Virus record (IMG/VR): IMGVR_UViG_3300017991_000072
Coordinates: 35,865 to 99,864 of that record
Length of the DNA stretch: 64,000 nt
Direction: 5' to 3' (one strand)
From: a virus
Below, in pieces: positions 45,750-55,672 of the stretch; within the stretch, counting starts at the first letter, position 1, and every line of letters starts with the position of its first letter. The translations under genes were made by a program, and so were the position numbers. Under the pieces are notes generated by a model, which was given only the letters and a program-made list of their open reading frames with translations, did no database searches and was not told the DNA's origin.

Positions 45750-46101
45750 CGTCCACTCCTTCCTTTAGCGGAATAGCCCGCCAGACAAAAGCGTCCTTGA
45801 TGTGGGTCTTCCCGTTTTCGTCTGGCTCCGTCTTGACCATAACCCGCATAGGGACAAACCCCACTATGATGTTGAAAAGCTTGGCCAGCTCCATCATCAT
45901 GGCGTGGGCCGCCTTGTCCGCCTGTTGGCCAGCGTTCCCTCCCAAATACACAAAGTCCACAGGCCGCTTCCCTGACCTCCAAAGGTTGGCCGCGTAGCGT
46001 CCCGCTGAATGTGACTTGGTCTTCCCGCTGATCTTGAGGGATCCTGGGTGGAACTGATACAGTTCATCATCCGTCACGTTGGCTTCCTGGTCCTGGGTCA
46101 T
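45742..46101 (-). CDS. SpoVS-like (Alba-fold) protein
   Basis: LKISGKT..HSAG..A...V.F..LGGNAGQQA.KA...FVP resembles SpoVS LKVS..S.P.SVAGA...IGAGA.NQAVKA..P. Confidence 0.55.
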   Translation of the reverse strand: MTQDQEANVTDDELYQFHPGSLKISGKTKSHSAGRYAANLWRSGKRPVDFVYLGGNAGQQADKAAHAMMMELAKLFNIIVGFVPMRVMVKTEPDENGKTHIKDAFVWRAIPLKEGVDDG

Positions 46102-46498
46102 GGTGGTTCGCCTCCTCTTCCGTGTCTTCGTCCTGAAGGAAGGTCTCCTGGTCAGAGATCAGAGAAGACAGCCGCGCCAGCCGTAGTTCTATGACCTTCT
46201 TGATCAGGATGTCCAAGTCCTTCTGGCGGAGTACCAGGAAGAAGCCGGGTTTGTTCTTTTCCACCAGCGCCAGAACAGGAAGCTTCTTCTCCTTCTTCGC
46301 CTTCCGTATAACATCGTGGAACAGCGTCAGGACGCTGAACCTTTGTCTGTATTTTACTTCAATATAGAATTCTTCGCTATCCGTGTCAGAACTTGTCTGG
46401 GCCTGTTGGTTATTGGACCCTGACAGACTGATCCTGATGGCGTCAAAGTAGGCCGCCACCCTACGCTCCGCCGCCTTCCACGTGGACCTATGTGTCAT
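46067..46498 (-). CDS. PD-(D/E)XK nuclease, Holliday junction resolvase-like
   Basis: WKAAERRVA...SGS...D...IEVKYR. Confidence 0.7.
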   Translation of the reverse strand: MTHRSTWKAAERRVAAYFDAIRISLSGSNNQQAQTSSDTDSEEFYIEVKYRQRFSVLTLFHDVIRKAKKEKKLPVLALVEKNKPGFFLVLRQKDLDILIKKVIELRLARLSSLISDQETFLQDEDTEEEANHHDPGPGSQRDG

Positions 46499-46869
46499 CT
46501 TGAACTCCAGAAGACCCGGGGGCCTGGCCTGATGTCCACGTGGGTGTGGGTCAGGTAGTATCCCAGGCCCGTGAACCTGGGTTCCAGAAGACAGATCCGC
46601 CAGGTGGTGACCACGTCCAGACCCTCTATGGTGATGTCCGCCGCCTTGGCGTTCAAGTGTTGGGAGCGTGGGGACGATAGCCGGAGGGAAGCGTTATAGA
46701 CAGAACACCTGACCCCGCCCCCTTCAGAGATGTAGATGGGCCTCCCCACCTGGTCCCGTAGGTCCTGAAGGACCATGACCAGGTCTATGGAGATCATCCC
46801 GCCCCCACAGTCCCCACAGGGACACAGGAACTCTTCCACTGTGAAATTGGGTGTCAGGTAAGTAGCCAT
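46495..46869 (-). CDS. Peptidase M15A family (endolysin-like)
   Basis: NFTVEEFLCPCG, GVRC..YN, SQHL..KAADI, HVDIR. Confidence 0.88.
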   Translation of the reverse strand: MATYLTPNFTVEEFLCPCGDCGGGMISIDLVMVLQDLRDQVGRPIYISEGGGVRCSVYNASLRLSSPRSQHLNAKAADITIEGLDVVTTWRICLLEPRFTGLGYYLTHTHVDIRPGPRVFWSSR

Positions 46870-47381
46870 CAGTCTCCCGGTGTTCCAGTATAGACCGCTT
46901 TGGACCTCCGTGTCATCTCCCTGGAGATGGCCCCGTAGCCCTTTTCAAACTTCTTCAACATCCTGGTGGTCATGGCCAAGTAGGCTTCCGCCACGTCCAG
47001 GTTGAACTTCCTGGCCGCCCAGACTTTGTCATTGGGGAGAAGCCGGTCAAACTTCCATTTGTCCTTGGCGTCCGCCTCTTCCAGTAGGGACGCCTCCCTT
47101 TCCTTCAGGGCCTTGGTGGCGTCCGTGACCTTCAGCTCCGCTACGCCCACCCTGGACTCCGCGAATTCCAGCCAGCCAGTGATGTAGGCCATCCTGTCCC
47201 CCAGTTCCTTGTAGGAGATGTCCGTCAGGTCCATGGGGGTATCTTGCCAAGCGTCATTTCCGCTTGGCTTTGTTGGCAAACAGAAGCCGTCTTTTCCTAC
47301 CAGGTCCAGAACCTTTTCCTGAACTGGGCCGCTTGGGGGTGGCGTGTCTTTTCCGCTGACTGGTCTTTTCAGGTAGGCCAT
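46869..47381 (-). CDS. Helical protein, possibly a UvsY-like recombination mediator
   Basis: Helical ORF ending ISREMTRR, near RecA. Confidence 0.45.
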   Translation of the reverse strand: MAYLKRPVSGKDTPPPSGPVQEKVLDLVGKDGFCLPTKPSGNDAWQDTPMDLTDISYKELGDRMAYITGWLEFAESRVGVAELKVTDATKALKEREASLLEEADAKDKWKFDRLLPNDKVWAARKFNLDVAEAYLAMTTRMLKKFEKGYGAISREMTRRSKAVYTGTPGD

Positions 47382-48222
47382 CCATGAACTCCTTCAGCCT
47401 GGCTCCACCTTTACACAGGGACTCGTATTCACAGGTGTAGCAGTAGGCTTTCTTGGGTTTGTCTGGGAACCGCCGCTTCCCTATCATCCTGTTGAACCGC
47501 CTGGCCAGCTCCACGCCAGCCTCCAGCTCCACGGGGTCATAGGTGATCAGTTCATCATGGGGGTTCTGGTTGTCCTTGTTTTCGTATAGAAGGATGGCCT
47601 CTTCCAGGCCAAGGATGTGAAGGTAGATCTGGATCTGAAGCCTGTGGAATTCGTCAGGGGTCCCGCCAGCCTTCAAACAGAAATTCTTGTTATTCGCTGA
47701 CTTGATCTCCAGAAGATACCGCTTCCCGTGTTCTCCCCTGAAGGATGGCCAGGTTCCCTTCCTGACCCTGATGATCCCATCGTAGCGCCCGGAGAAGGCC
47801 ACGTCATCCACATAGCCCTGGGCTCTGTCTTCAAAGGACTCCAAGATCCCCATCCTATACATGATGGACTGGAGCCTGATGTGGGTGAACGTCCCGTTCT
47901 CCATCCTCATAAGCCCAAGCCCCGCCTGTTTTGACCTCTTCAGCTTCTCCACGTCTATGGGAGCGTTGAAAGCGTCAAAGAAGATAGCTCTTGGACAGCC
48001 TCCCAACCTGGAAGGATGGAAGCCGTCCACTGTCTTCTTGGACATGTTCTCTTCAGCCTCCAAGATGGCCCTGATGGCCGCCAGCTTCTCCTGTTCGTTC
48101 TGGTGTCTGGAGATCTCCCCAGTCTTGACCGCTATGTCATTGTCCACCATGAACTGAAGGATGACAGGTGACAGTAGGCTTTCTGGGGCCGTGGCCACAG
48201 CCAGCTTTTCCCGTAGTGACAT
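47254..48222 (-). CDS. Cas4-like/PD-(D/E)XK exonuclease
   Basis: HPSRLGGCPR, G..H, GRYDG, LEIKS, Q.QIY, CYTCEYESLC. Confidence 0.82.
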   Translation of the reverse strand: MSLREKLAVATAPESLLSPVILQFMVDNDIAVKTGEISRHQNEQEKLAAIRAILEAEENMSKKTVDGFHPSRLGGCPRAIFFDAFNAPIDVEKLKRSKQAGLGLMRMENGTFTHIRLQSIMYRMGILESFEDRAQGYVDDVAFSGRYDGIIRVRKGTWPSFRGEHGKRYLLEIKSANNKNFCLKAGGTPDEFHRLQIQIYLHILGLEEAILLYENKDNQNPHDELITYDPVELEAGVELARRFNRMIGKRRFPDKPKKAYCYTCEYESLCKGGARLKEFMDGLPEKTSQRKRHATPKRPSSGKGSGPGRKRRLLFANKAKRK

Positions 48223-48231
48223 CGTTTCTCC

Positions 48232-48486
48232 TTACATCTTGACAGGGAAGAGGGGTTTGGCCTTGGTGGGCGTAACCACAGCCGCCACTATCCGCCGCCT
48301 GATCAGTGACTTGGTTTGACCATGATGGTCTACCCATATCTTCCCCGCTTTGTCTTCGTATACGGAGACCTTCCGCCTGACCGTCCTGGCGGATCCAGCC
48401 TTCCCTTTCACGCCCTTCTTCTTGTATGTGATGGTGACCTGTTTCCCTTGTCTAGCCGCTTTTCTGATTTCACGAATTCCCGCCAT
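48232..48486 (-). CDS. Small basic WYL-like protein
   Basis: A...KQVTITY.K...RRKVSVYE...TKS...RI. Confidence 0.45.
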   Translation of the reverse strand: MAGIREIRKAARQGKQVTITYKKKGVKGKAGSARTVRRKVSVYEDKAGKIWVDHHGQTKSLIRRRIVAAVVTPTKAKPLFPVKM

Positions 48487-48784
48487 CTCTCAACTCCAGG
48501 AAATCCCCTTCAGGGATGATGATGTAGGTGAACTCCCGCTTCCCATCGTAGAAGGTCAGCGCCAGGGCTGGATCCTTCTTGTGGGCCAGGGCCTCCTTCT
48601 CCAGCTTCCGAAGGGTAGCCAACTTCAGGATGAACTGTCCTTTGTCAGTATACTTGATTTCATACAGGTGGTCTTCCGTCTGGCCGTCTCCCTTCCACCC
48701 TGGGATGGACCCGCTGGCCGGGTTCCTCCGGCCTCCGTGGCGTTTCATGGTCTTGTGTTCGTGGATGGTTGATCTGGCTTTCAT
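48470..48784 (-). CDS. Holliday junction resolvase-like PD-(D/E)XK nuclease
   Basis: HE...GGRRNPASGS..GWKGDG...YEIKYT. Confidence 0.7.
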   Translation of the reverse strand: MKARSTIHEHKTMKRHGGRRNPASGSIPGWKGDGQTEDHLYEIKYTDKGQFILKLATLRKLEKEALAHKKDPALALTFYDGKREFTYIIIPEGDFLELRDGGNS

Positions 48785-49857
48785 GACTGAAACCTGTCAA
48801 TGGCTATCTTGACCAGAGCGTCCCTGACCGCCTGGAACAGCTTGGGGTCCGTCCGTAGCCCTTCCTTGAACGCCTTCTGGGTGAACTTCTTCCCGCCCCA
48901 CTCCAGGCTGGAGCCCACCTTGGTCAGAACTCCGTAGTGAAGGCCGTAGTCCACCAGGTCCGTGACGTTATCTATGGACCCGCTTGGGTTCCCGTCCTTT
49001 GGCTTGGTGTGGAACCTGAAGGATCCCTGTTCATCCTGGGGTCCGCCCGCTTTGTTCTTCTGGACCCTGAACTTGATCTTCAGACCAATGGTCTCCTGGA
49101 TGTCCTTTCCCTGGGGGGTCTTCACCTTCTTCCTGACGAAGGACTCCCGCGACAGACGGACCTGTTGGCTGACAAAGAACTCCCGCGCCCTTCCGCCCGT
49201 CCCTGTCTCCGGGTTTCCAAACATGATCCCCACCTTCTCCCTGATCTGGTTGATCAGGATCAGCGTGAACTGGGGGGACTCCTCCAGGAGATCCTGGCGT
49301 AGCTCCACCAGGACCTTCCGTAGGAACTTGGTGACCAGCTTGGCGTGGAGCCCTGGCTGGTTCCAGTCCATGTCCTCCTCCGTCTCCTTCGTTGGGATCA
49401 TGGCCGCTATGGAGTCAAGGACCACCAACACAGGGACATCCGTCTGGCGTAGCTGGCGTAGGTTTTCAATCAGCGCGTCCCCCGCCTCCTCCCCGCCTGT
49501 GGGCCTGGACAGGACGAACCGCCGAAGGTCCCCGCCCAACCGCTTGATCCACTGTTTGTCACAGGACCCTTCCAGGTCCAGGTAGAGCGCGAACCCGTCA
49601 GGATGGGCCTTCATGAACTCCACACAGGCCAGCGTGGCCAGCGTGGACTTACAGGCTGAAAACTGGCCTATCAGCTCTATCATCCGCCCTTCAGCCCATC
49701 CGCCACACAGCGCAAAGTCCAGCGCCACACAGCCGGAGGAGAACCGCCTGATCTCCAGGTTCTTGGCCTCTGAAGCTTGGACCAGAACGCCCTTCCCGTA
49801 TTTCTTCTCCGTGGCCGCCAGAAGGCTGGCTATGGCGTCTTCAGTTGACTTTTTCAT
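48781..49857 (-). CDS. recA: RecA recombinase
   Basis: SSGCVALDFAL.GG..EGRMIELIGQFSACKST, VLDSIAAM, INQIREKVG.MFGNPET..GG.A, KNK. Confidence 0.92.
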   Translation of the reverse strand: MKKSTEDAIASLLAATEKKYGKGVLVQASEAKNLEIRRFSSGCVALDFALCGGWAEGRMIELIGQFSACKSTLATLACVEFMKAHPDGFALYLDLEGSCDKQWIKRLGGDLRRFVLSRPTGGEEAGDALIENLRQLRQTDVPVLVVLDSIAAMIPTKETEEDMDWNQPGLHAKLVTKFLRKVLVELRQDLLEESPQFTLILINQIREKVGIMFGNPETGTGGRAREFFVSQQVRLSRESFVRKKVKTPQGKDIQETIGLKIKFRVQKNKAGGPQDEQGSFRFHTKPKDGNPSGSIDNVTDLVDYGLHYGVLTKVGSSLEWGGKKFTQKAFKEGLRTDPKLFQAVRDALVKIAIDRFQS

Positions 49858-50179
49858 ACAGGTCATCCAGTGAACAGCCAAAGATTTCAGACAGGATCAA
49901 GGCCATGGGGGAGGACAGGAAGGTCTGTTGTTCCTCCAACTGGTGGATGAACTGACGCCGGACTCCTACCATCCTGGCCAGGTCCACCTGTTTCATGATC
50001 CCCGCCTTCTCCCGCTCTTCCCTGACTCTGGACCTGTAGCGTTCCTTGACTTCCGTGGTGGGCCTGGAGTCTATGGAGACTCCCTGACGCTGGCCAGTCA
50101 CCCGCCTGGTCCTCTTCTTGTCAGGCCGCTTCAGAGCCCTCTTCTTCTTGCCCTTCTTCACGTCCTTCAGCTTCAACAT
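49841..50179 (-). CDS. XRE-family HTH protein
   Basis: MKQVDLARMVGVRRQFIHQLE...FGCSLDDLY. Confidence 0.8.
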   Translation of the reverse strand: MLKLKDVKKGKKKRALKRPDKKRTRRVTGQRQGVSIDSRPTTEVKERYRSRVREEREKAGIMKQVDLARMVGVRRQFIHQLEEQQTFLSSPMALILSEIFGCSLDDLYEKVN

Positions 50180-52145
50180 CGTCTTTCAGCTCCTTCCAGT
50201 TAGGTCCTATGACCGCGTTCACCCTGATGGGGACCACCAGCTCTTGTGTCAGGCCGTCAGGTGGCTGGATCATCAGGTCCGTGATGATGTCTTTGGCCTC
50301 CACAGCCAGGGGTTCAGGTACTTCAAACAGTAGTTCATCATGGACCTGTAGAAGTAGGTGGGCGTCCATCTTCCGTAGCCGCCTATCATGGTGACAGCGG
50401 ATCATGGCCTGTTTGATCCAGTCTCCAACAGAGCCCTGGATGGTATTGTTGATCAGCTCCCGCTCCGCGCCAAGCCTCTTCTCCTTGGAGCCTGATATGA
50501 TGTCAGGAATACACCTGATCCTTCCCGTGATAAGCTTGACACCAAAGCCCCAAGGCTTGGGCCTCTTGTGTTCCGCTATCCACTTCCCGCGCCAGTCACG
50601 GACGCCGCTGTAGGTGTTGAAGAAGGCTTCTATGTATTGCTTGGCCACCATCTCTTCCGTGGGCTCCCCCTCCACAGTCAACGTCATGGCCAGGTTGGAG
50701 GGACCAAGGCCGTAGAGGAGACCAAAATTCAGAGTCTTGGCCACTGACCTGGTGACGTGACATTCATCCGCCGTCATCTGGTGAACGTCCCCGTCAGTCT
50801 GGTAGACCTCCATCAGCCTCCTGTCCTTGGAGAAGATGGCCATCATCCGTAGTTCAAATTGGGAATAGTCCACGTCTATAAGGACGTATCCTGGCCGCGC
50901 CCTGAAACAGGACCGGATGGAGACCGCCCCCACGTCCGCCCGCTTGGGGATGTTCTGTAGGTTTGGCTGACTGGAACTGAACCGCCCAGTCACCGTCCCC
51001 ACAGGGTTGAAGGACGTGTGGAGAATGTTGGCTTCATCCGTGTAGGACAGGAGCCCTGTCTTGGTGTTCACATAGGTGTCATAAAGCTTCGTCAAGGACG
51101 AATGGCGGAGGACCAGGGGAACTATGGGGTGGTAGTGTTGAACCAGCGCCAGCGTCTTCTTGTCTACGGACGCCTGGCCCGTCTTCGTCCTACTGGTACA
51201 GGGGATCCCCAGGCCAACCTTCAGCCCCTCCACGGGCTCCCACGGCTTCCTGAAGTCCCCGAACAGGACCCGCCCCAACTGTTTGTTGGACGCCACGTTG
51301 AAATGACCGCCCGCCGTGACCAGGATCTCCCCGTGGATCTTCTCCAGCTCTTGTTCAATACTCCACGCCGCCCGCCTGATCTTGACTTCGTCCAACATGA
51401 TCCCACGCCGTTCCATGGCCAGGACCACGTCAAGCATAGACTGTTCCTGTGTCCTGAAGAACTTTTCCCGCCTGGACATAGTTGGGTCCCACCCGTAGTC
51501 AGGCTTCTCTGGCTTTCCGTCTTCGTCCGTGGACAGGATTTCAGGCTGGAACTTGGCCGGTGTCAGCCTCATGTGTTCCACTGGCTTGACAGGGGACTTC
51601 CCTTCTTCCAGGGCCAGGTATAGCTCCCAGGTGACCACAGCGTCCCGCTCCGCGTATTCAGACAGGACATCCACGTTCTTGAAGTCCACAGCCCGCGTCT
51701 GGGTCTGGTAGCGCCCAATCAAGGGGGCCATGGCCTTCAGACCCTTGGGTCTGTTTTCGTCCTGGCACCAACAGGCCACCATGGTGTCATACACTCTCAC
51801 CATGGGGACCCTGTGGTTCTCCAGGACATACCGGTCATAGTTGGAGTTATGAAGGACTTTCAGAACCGTGGGGTCTTCAAGGAACGGCTGAAGGACGCGG
51901 ACCACATCAGGGGTAGAAAGGAACCCTGGAAACTTGACAGCTAGGGGGATGGCGTAGCTGTCATAGTCTGGTGGTTCTCCCCAACACAGGGACACCATCT
52001 GAAGCCTGGCCCGTGGAAGCATTCTGGCGTCAGTCCGCTTCCCTGGGATCAGGATGGCGTAGGTCTCCGTGTCAATGGAGAAGGCCCGCTGTTCCTCCAG
52101 CCGCCCTTGGAGATCTTCTAGTTCATCAAGGGTCTTGATGATCAT
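50121..52145 (-). CDS. polA: Family A DNA polymerase with 3'-5' exonuclease
   Basis: IDTET, HNSNYD, YAERD, TGRFSSSQPNLQNIP, DYSQFELR, AKTLNFGLLYG, IQGS, QVHDEL. Confidence 0.95.
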   Translation of the reverse strand: MIIKTLDELEDLQGRLEEQRAFSIDTETYAILIPGKRTDARMLPRARLQMVSLCWGEPPDYDSYAIPLAVKFPGFLSTPDVVRVLQPFLEDPTVLKVLHNSNYDRYVLENHRVPMVRVYDTMVACWCQDENRPKGLKAMAPLIGRYQTQTRAVDFKNVDVLSEYAERDAVVTWELYLALEEGKSPVKPVEHMRLTPAKFQPEILSTDEDGKPEKPDYGWDPTMSRREKFFRTQEQSMLDVVLAMERRGIMLDEVKIRRAAWSIEQELEKIHGEILVTAGGHFNVASNKQLGRVLFGDFRKPWEPVEGLKVGLGIPCTSRTKTGQASVDKKTLALVQHYHPIVPLVLRHSSLTKLYDTYVNTKTGLLSYTDEANILHTSFNPVGTVTGRFSSSQPNLQNIPKRADVGAVSIRSCFRARPGYVLIDVDYSQFELRMMAIFSKDRRLMEVYQTDGDVHQMTADECHVTRSVAKTLNFGLLYGLGPSNLAMTLTVEGEPTEEMVAKQYIEAFFNTYSGVRDWRGKWIAEHKRPKPWGFGVKLITGRIRCIPDIISGSKEKRLGAERELINNTIQGSVGDWIKQAMIRCHHDRRLRKMDAHLLLQVHDELLFEVPEPLAVEAKDIITDLMIQPPDGLTQELVVPIRVNAVIGPNWKELKDDVEAEGREEGQEEEGSEAA

Positions 52146-52420
52146 GGCTTCCCTTTGTGAACCTTCAGGCCAGGAATGGCCCCTGTCACAGGGATGACCT
52201 TTGAAGGCTTCTGGGCTTGTCCCTCCCCTTTGGCCTTCTGGATGACCATCATGTCCTTCCCAAGGTCCAGGAGGAGGCCAAGGTGGCCCAGGTCTCCAAT
52301 GTTGGACCTGAACCCTGTCCCGCCTTTGTTGTCCTGGAAGGCTACCACGAAGGCTTCCGCGCCCTTCGCTATGACCTCCACCTGGCCGTGGTCATGAACT
52401 ATCTGGATGGTGAACGCCAT
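52142..52420 (-). CDS. Hypothetical protein
   Basis: ORF, SD. Confidence 0.6.
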   Translation of the reverse strand: MAFTIQIVHDHGQVEVIAKGAEAFVVAFQDNKGGTGFRSNIGDLGHLGLLLDLGKDMMVIQKAKGEGQAQKPSKVIPVTGAIPGLKVHKGKP

Positions 52421-52422
52421 GG

Positions 52423-53343
52423 CTAGACATCCTCCTGTTCCGCCACATTCCCATTCACGCCTGACTGGGCTATGGCCGCCTGTTGTTCCGCCTTCGACAG
52501 CGGAGTGTAGAAGTCAGCCAGCTTGTCACGGAGCCGTGGGGGAACGTCTACCCCGTTGGGAACCTCTGGCGTGGGCTCCGGGTCAGGGAGGACGATATAC
52601 TGGGCCTGTTGAACGCCGTTCCTGGTGATCTCCACGTCACGATCCGTCAACATCCCCTTCTTGGCTATGTGTTGGATGTTGGCGTGAAGCTTCTGGGTGA
52701 CTTCAAACAGCCTGGGGGTGTGGCTGTGGGTGACCCCCTGTTTGTCCGTCCACTCTTCCCTGTCAATGACTTCATAGACAGCCCTGACAGAGCGCCCGAT
52801 ACCAGCCGCACAGAACGCACAGTTGACGGGCCTGTCTTCAGGGATCTCCGTTCCCTCTGAACAGACGAAGTAGCGCCAGCGCCCTTCAATCTTCAAGCTG
52901 TGGTAGTAGATCCCAGTGATCTGGGTGTTGTCCCTGAACCTGACCAGCTTGGTCTGGCCGTCCTTGATGAAGAGCCTGGGAACATTTCCAGTAGACTGGG
53001 CCGCCGCCTGGTTGTCCAAAGCCCTCTTCAGGTCCGCCGCGTTCAGGAGATGGCGTGGAAGTCCAGAAGGGGCCGCCGCGCTTCCAGGGGCCTCCCCGTC
53101 CACTTCATCGTCATCTTCCTCTTCCTCCAGGACTTCAAACCCGATAGCTTCAGCCAGCTCCTTCAGGTCTTCAGACAGCCCTTCGTAGGCCCCCGCGTCC
53201 TCCGCCATGGCCTTCAGAACAGCCTCCGCCAACATGGTGGCGTCCTGGCTCTTGTAGACCGTCAGCCCCAGAGACTTGGCCAGCCTTTTGATCTGACCGC
53301 GTGTCTTCCCCTGGAACGTGGTCTGGGTGACATCCTGTGACAT
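52423..53343 (-). CDS. Phage ssDNA-binding protein (gp32-like)
   Basis: RLFIKDGQTKLVRF, YHS...FVC...CAFC, DVEITRNG..Y; own promoter; replication context. Confidence 0.6.
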   Translation of the reverse strand: MSQDVTQTTFQGKTRGQIKRLAKSLGLTVYKSQDATMLAEAVLKAMAEDAGAYEGLSEDLKELAEAIGFEVLEEEEDDDEVDGEAPGSAAAPSGLPRHLLNAADLKRALDNQAAAQSTGNVPRLFIKDGQTKLVRFRDNTQITGIYYHSLKIEGRWRYFVCSEGTEIPEDRPVNCAFCAAGIGRSVRAVYEVIDREEWTDKQGVTHSHTPRLFEVTQKLHANIQHIAKKGMLTDRDVEITRNGVQQAQYIVLPDPEPTPEVPNGVDVPPRLRDKLADFYTPLSKAEQQAAIAQSGVNGNVAEQEDV

Positions 53344-53389
53344 CGTGTTCTCCTTTCGTGTAGGAACGTGTGATGGGACAGTTTCCTAC

Positions 53390-53418
53390 AGTGTAAACCT
53401 ATCCCTTGACGCTGTCAA
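53390..53418 (-). promoter_or_regulatory. Sigma70 promoter (minus strand)
   Basis: TTGACA-17-TACACT. Confidence 0.75.
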
Positions 53419-53429
53419 GTGAAAAATGC

Positions 53430-54353
53430 TCATAGACCCACCAGCCGGACGGATTTCAGGGACGTGTGGAATTCGTCCTTGGTCATGTCCGCCGGGTCCT
53501 TCTTTCCGCCGTAGTAGTCCACCCTGAACAGCCGTGTCCTCCTTCCTATCCAGCCGTCCACTGTGGAGATCATCTGTTCTCCTCCTTCGTCATTGTCAAA
53601 CATCAGGATGATCCGCTGGCCGTATTCAACCAACAGCTCCGCCTGTCTCCTACTGGGAGCCCCGCCCGTGGAAACCACGTTGGGGTAGCCGTGGGCCGCC
53701 GCCGCCAGGGCGTCCAGCTCCCCTTCCACTACCACCAGGGGCTCCTTGGATCGTGGCTCACAGGTCAGGGGCCTGAAGAGCGCCAGCCCCCGCTTGAAGC
53801 CAAAGTAGGGAAGCGTCTTGGGGCCGTAGCCTGACCGGAGTCTCCCCGTCATCCCATAAAGCTTCTTCCCGCCTTCCGCCCACCAGGGAAAGATGACCCT
53901 GTTCTGTTTCGGATCGTAACCCAACCCACAGTCCTCCGCCACAGACAAAGGGATCCCCCGCTTGACCAGCCAAAGGGCCACCCTTTTCCTGTTGACTTCA
54001 AATGGCTTGAAGAGGGACGGGGGTGTGACCTGGATCTCTTCATTCTTCCAGCGCCGTTCAAACTCTGGGACTTCCCCGTTGAACTCCGGAACCCTACAAG
54101 ACCCAAACTTCCCAATGAACTCCAGCGCCCTGTCCTTGGTGACCGCCATGACCTTCTGAACCAGCCAGGGGAGCGTCCCCTTGGCTCCACAGGAATAACA
54201 GTTCCATGGGTGGTATTCCTTCGTGAAGGAAATCCCCCAGGATGGCCTCCGCTCCATGTGGACAGGACACAGGCCCGTGATGTTGGTGGTCCGCTGGTGT
54301 AGCCCTTCAATTCCCAGGGCTTCACACAGGTTCATCAGTTGGGCCGCCGTCAT
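53430..54353 (-). CDS. dnaG: DnaG-type primase
   Basis: CPVH..R.PS...CYSC zinc finger; VVEGELDA, FDNDEGG, KDP Toprim. Confidence 0.9.
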   Translation of the reverse strand: MTAAQLMNLCEALGIEGLHQRTTNITGLCPVHMERRPSWGISFTKEYHPWNCYSCGAKGTLPWLVQKVMAVTKDRALEFIGKFGSCRVPEFNGEVPEFERRWKNEEIQVTPPSLFKPFEVNRKRVALWLVKRGIPLSVAEDCGLGYDPKQNRVIFPWWAEGGKKLYGMTGRLRSGYGPKTLPYFGFKRGLALFRPLTCEPRSKEPLVVVEGELDALAAAAHGYPNVVSTGGAPSRRQAELLVEYGQRIILMFDNDEGGEQMISTVDGWIGRRTRLFRVDYYGGKKDPADMTKDEFHTSLKSVRLVGL

Positions 54354-55672
54354 GCCTTCTCCCGTAGCTTCTTGAATTGGTTCTCTATCTGGACCTCTAC
54401 TTTGTCCGTCCTCCGCTTCTCTTCTGGCTTGATCTCCCCTGGCGGGATTTCGTCAAAACATGGGGGATCAAACAGGAACCTGATGTGGAACTCCCCCAGT
54501 CCACTGTTCCGCGCCTTCTCCACCTTGAAGACCCTGGCTGGATCCTTCCTGACTCCGCCCAGTTCAAAGATCCAGTCTGAATGGTGGGTGATGGCGTCAG
54601 CGTAGTAGACTGTCCCCAGTCCTCCTCCTGTCTTCCCGTCCTCCTTCTCCCCGCCTTCCCTCCGCTCCTGGAAGGTCTGGAAGATGAAGATGTTCATGGC
54701 CTTGGCCACCCGCTTCATCATCCTGGCTACCTTGACGCCCGTCTCCGCCAGCCCCGCCTTGTCCGCCCCAATCAGGAGATCAGCGCCGTCAATGATGACC
54801 ACGTCTGGCCTGTATTCCTGGATCTTGGCTATGACAGACTGGACCCCAACTGACTCCTCCAGGTCTTCGTCATCCACGATGATGAAGTCAGGCTTGTTCC
54901 CGCTCTTCAGCCTCCTGATCCCCGCCTTGAACTTCCGTTCCTCCTCCGCCGTCAGAGTCCCCCTGGTGTAGCGCGTGTAGGACAGGCCGAACATCATACA
55001 GTCCGCCCGTTGGGCTATCTCCTCCGCGCCCATCTCCTTGGAGATGTAGACCACCTTGGCCCCCTGGTTCCACCAGTGAAGACCGAAGACCAGAGTCATC
55101 CAGGTCTTCCCCACTGATGTCCTGGCTATGATCGTGGCCAACTGTTTGGGCCTGAACCTGGGGATCAGCTTTTCCAGGGTCTTCCAAGGAGCCGTCAGCC
55201 CGTCCCGCTTCAGCTCCTCCTGAAGCCGCGTGTAGCTGTCCCATTTCTCCGCCTCCTGGTCTGACCAGTTCACGTCACGCCTCTGGTCCCAGACGTGTTG
55301 AAGGCTGGCCACAGCGTCAAAGACTTTCTGGGTGGCGTTGGTGGCCGCGTTTTCATCCAAGGACTCCAGGTCCGTCCTGACCTCCCCTATCAGGTCCTTC
55401 AGCCTGTTGAACTTCTCCCGTTCAAACAGCCGTTCAGCCCAGTAGGACAGGGGGTCAGTCTCCGCCGGGAACTTGATGGAAGGGAAGCTATTCAGGAAGA
55501 GCCGCCTGGAAGGGATCGTCCCGTGGTCCTTGAAGAAGTTACTGATCCAGGTCCATTCCGTGATCCGTCCCTTGAACAGGTCCATCCCCTGGGACATCTT
55601 CAGGAAGTCAGCCCGCTCCGCCTGTGAACTGTCATAGAAACTAGCTAGGGCTTCCACTTCCATGTCAGCCAT
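54350..55672 (-). CDS. dnaB: DnaB-like replicative helicase
   Basis: ARTSVGKT, ISKEM, VIID, KARN; start ATG 55672. Confidence 0.88.
   Translation of the reverse strand: MADMEVEALASFYDSSQAERADFLKMSQGMDLFKGRITEWTWISNFFKDHGTIPSRRLFLNSFPSIKFPAETDPLSYWAERLFEREKFNRLKDLIGEVRTDLESLDENAATNATQKVFDAVASLQHVWDQRRDVNWSDQEAEKWDSYTRLQEELKRDGLTAPWKTLEKLIPRFRPKQLATIIARTSVGKTWMTLVFGLHWWNQGAKVVYISKEMGAEEIAQRADCMMFGLSYTRYTRGTLTAEEERKFKAGIRRLKSGNKPDFIIVDDEDLEESVGVQSVIAKIQEYRPDVVIIDGADLLIGADKAGLAETGVKVARMMKRVAKAMNIFIFQTFQERREGGEKEDGKTGGGLGTVYYADAITHHSDWIFELGGVRKDPARVFKVEKARNSGLGEFHIRFLFDPPCFDEIPPGEIKPEEKRRTDKVEVQIENQFKKLREKA

Noticed and set aside
47254-48222. CRISPR-Cas system from the Cas4-like gene
   Set aside because: No other cas genes or array; solo Cas4-like nucleases are common in phage replication blocks.
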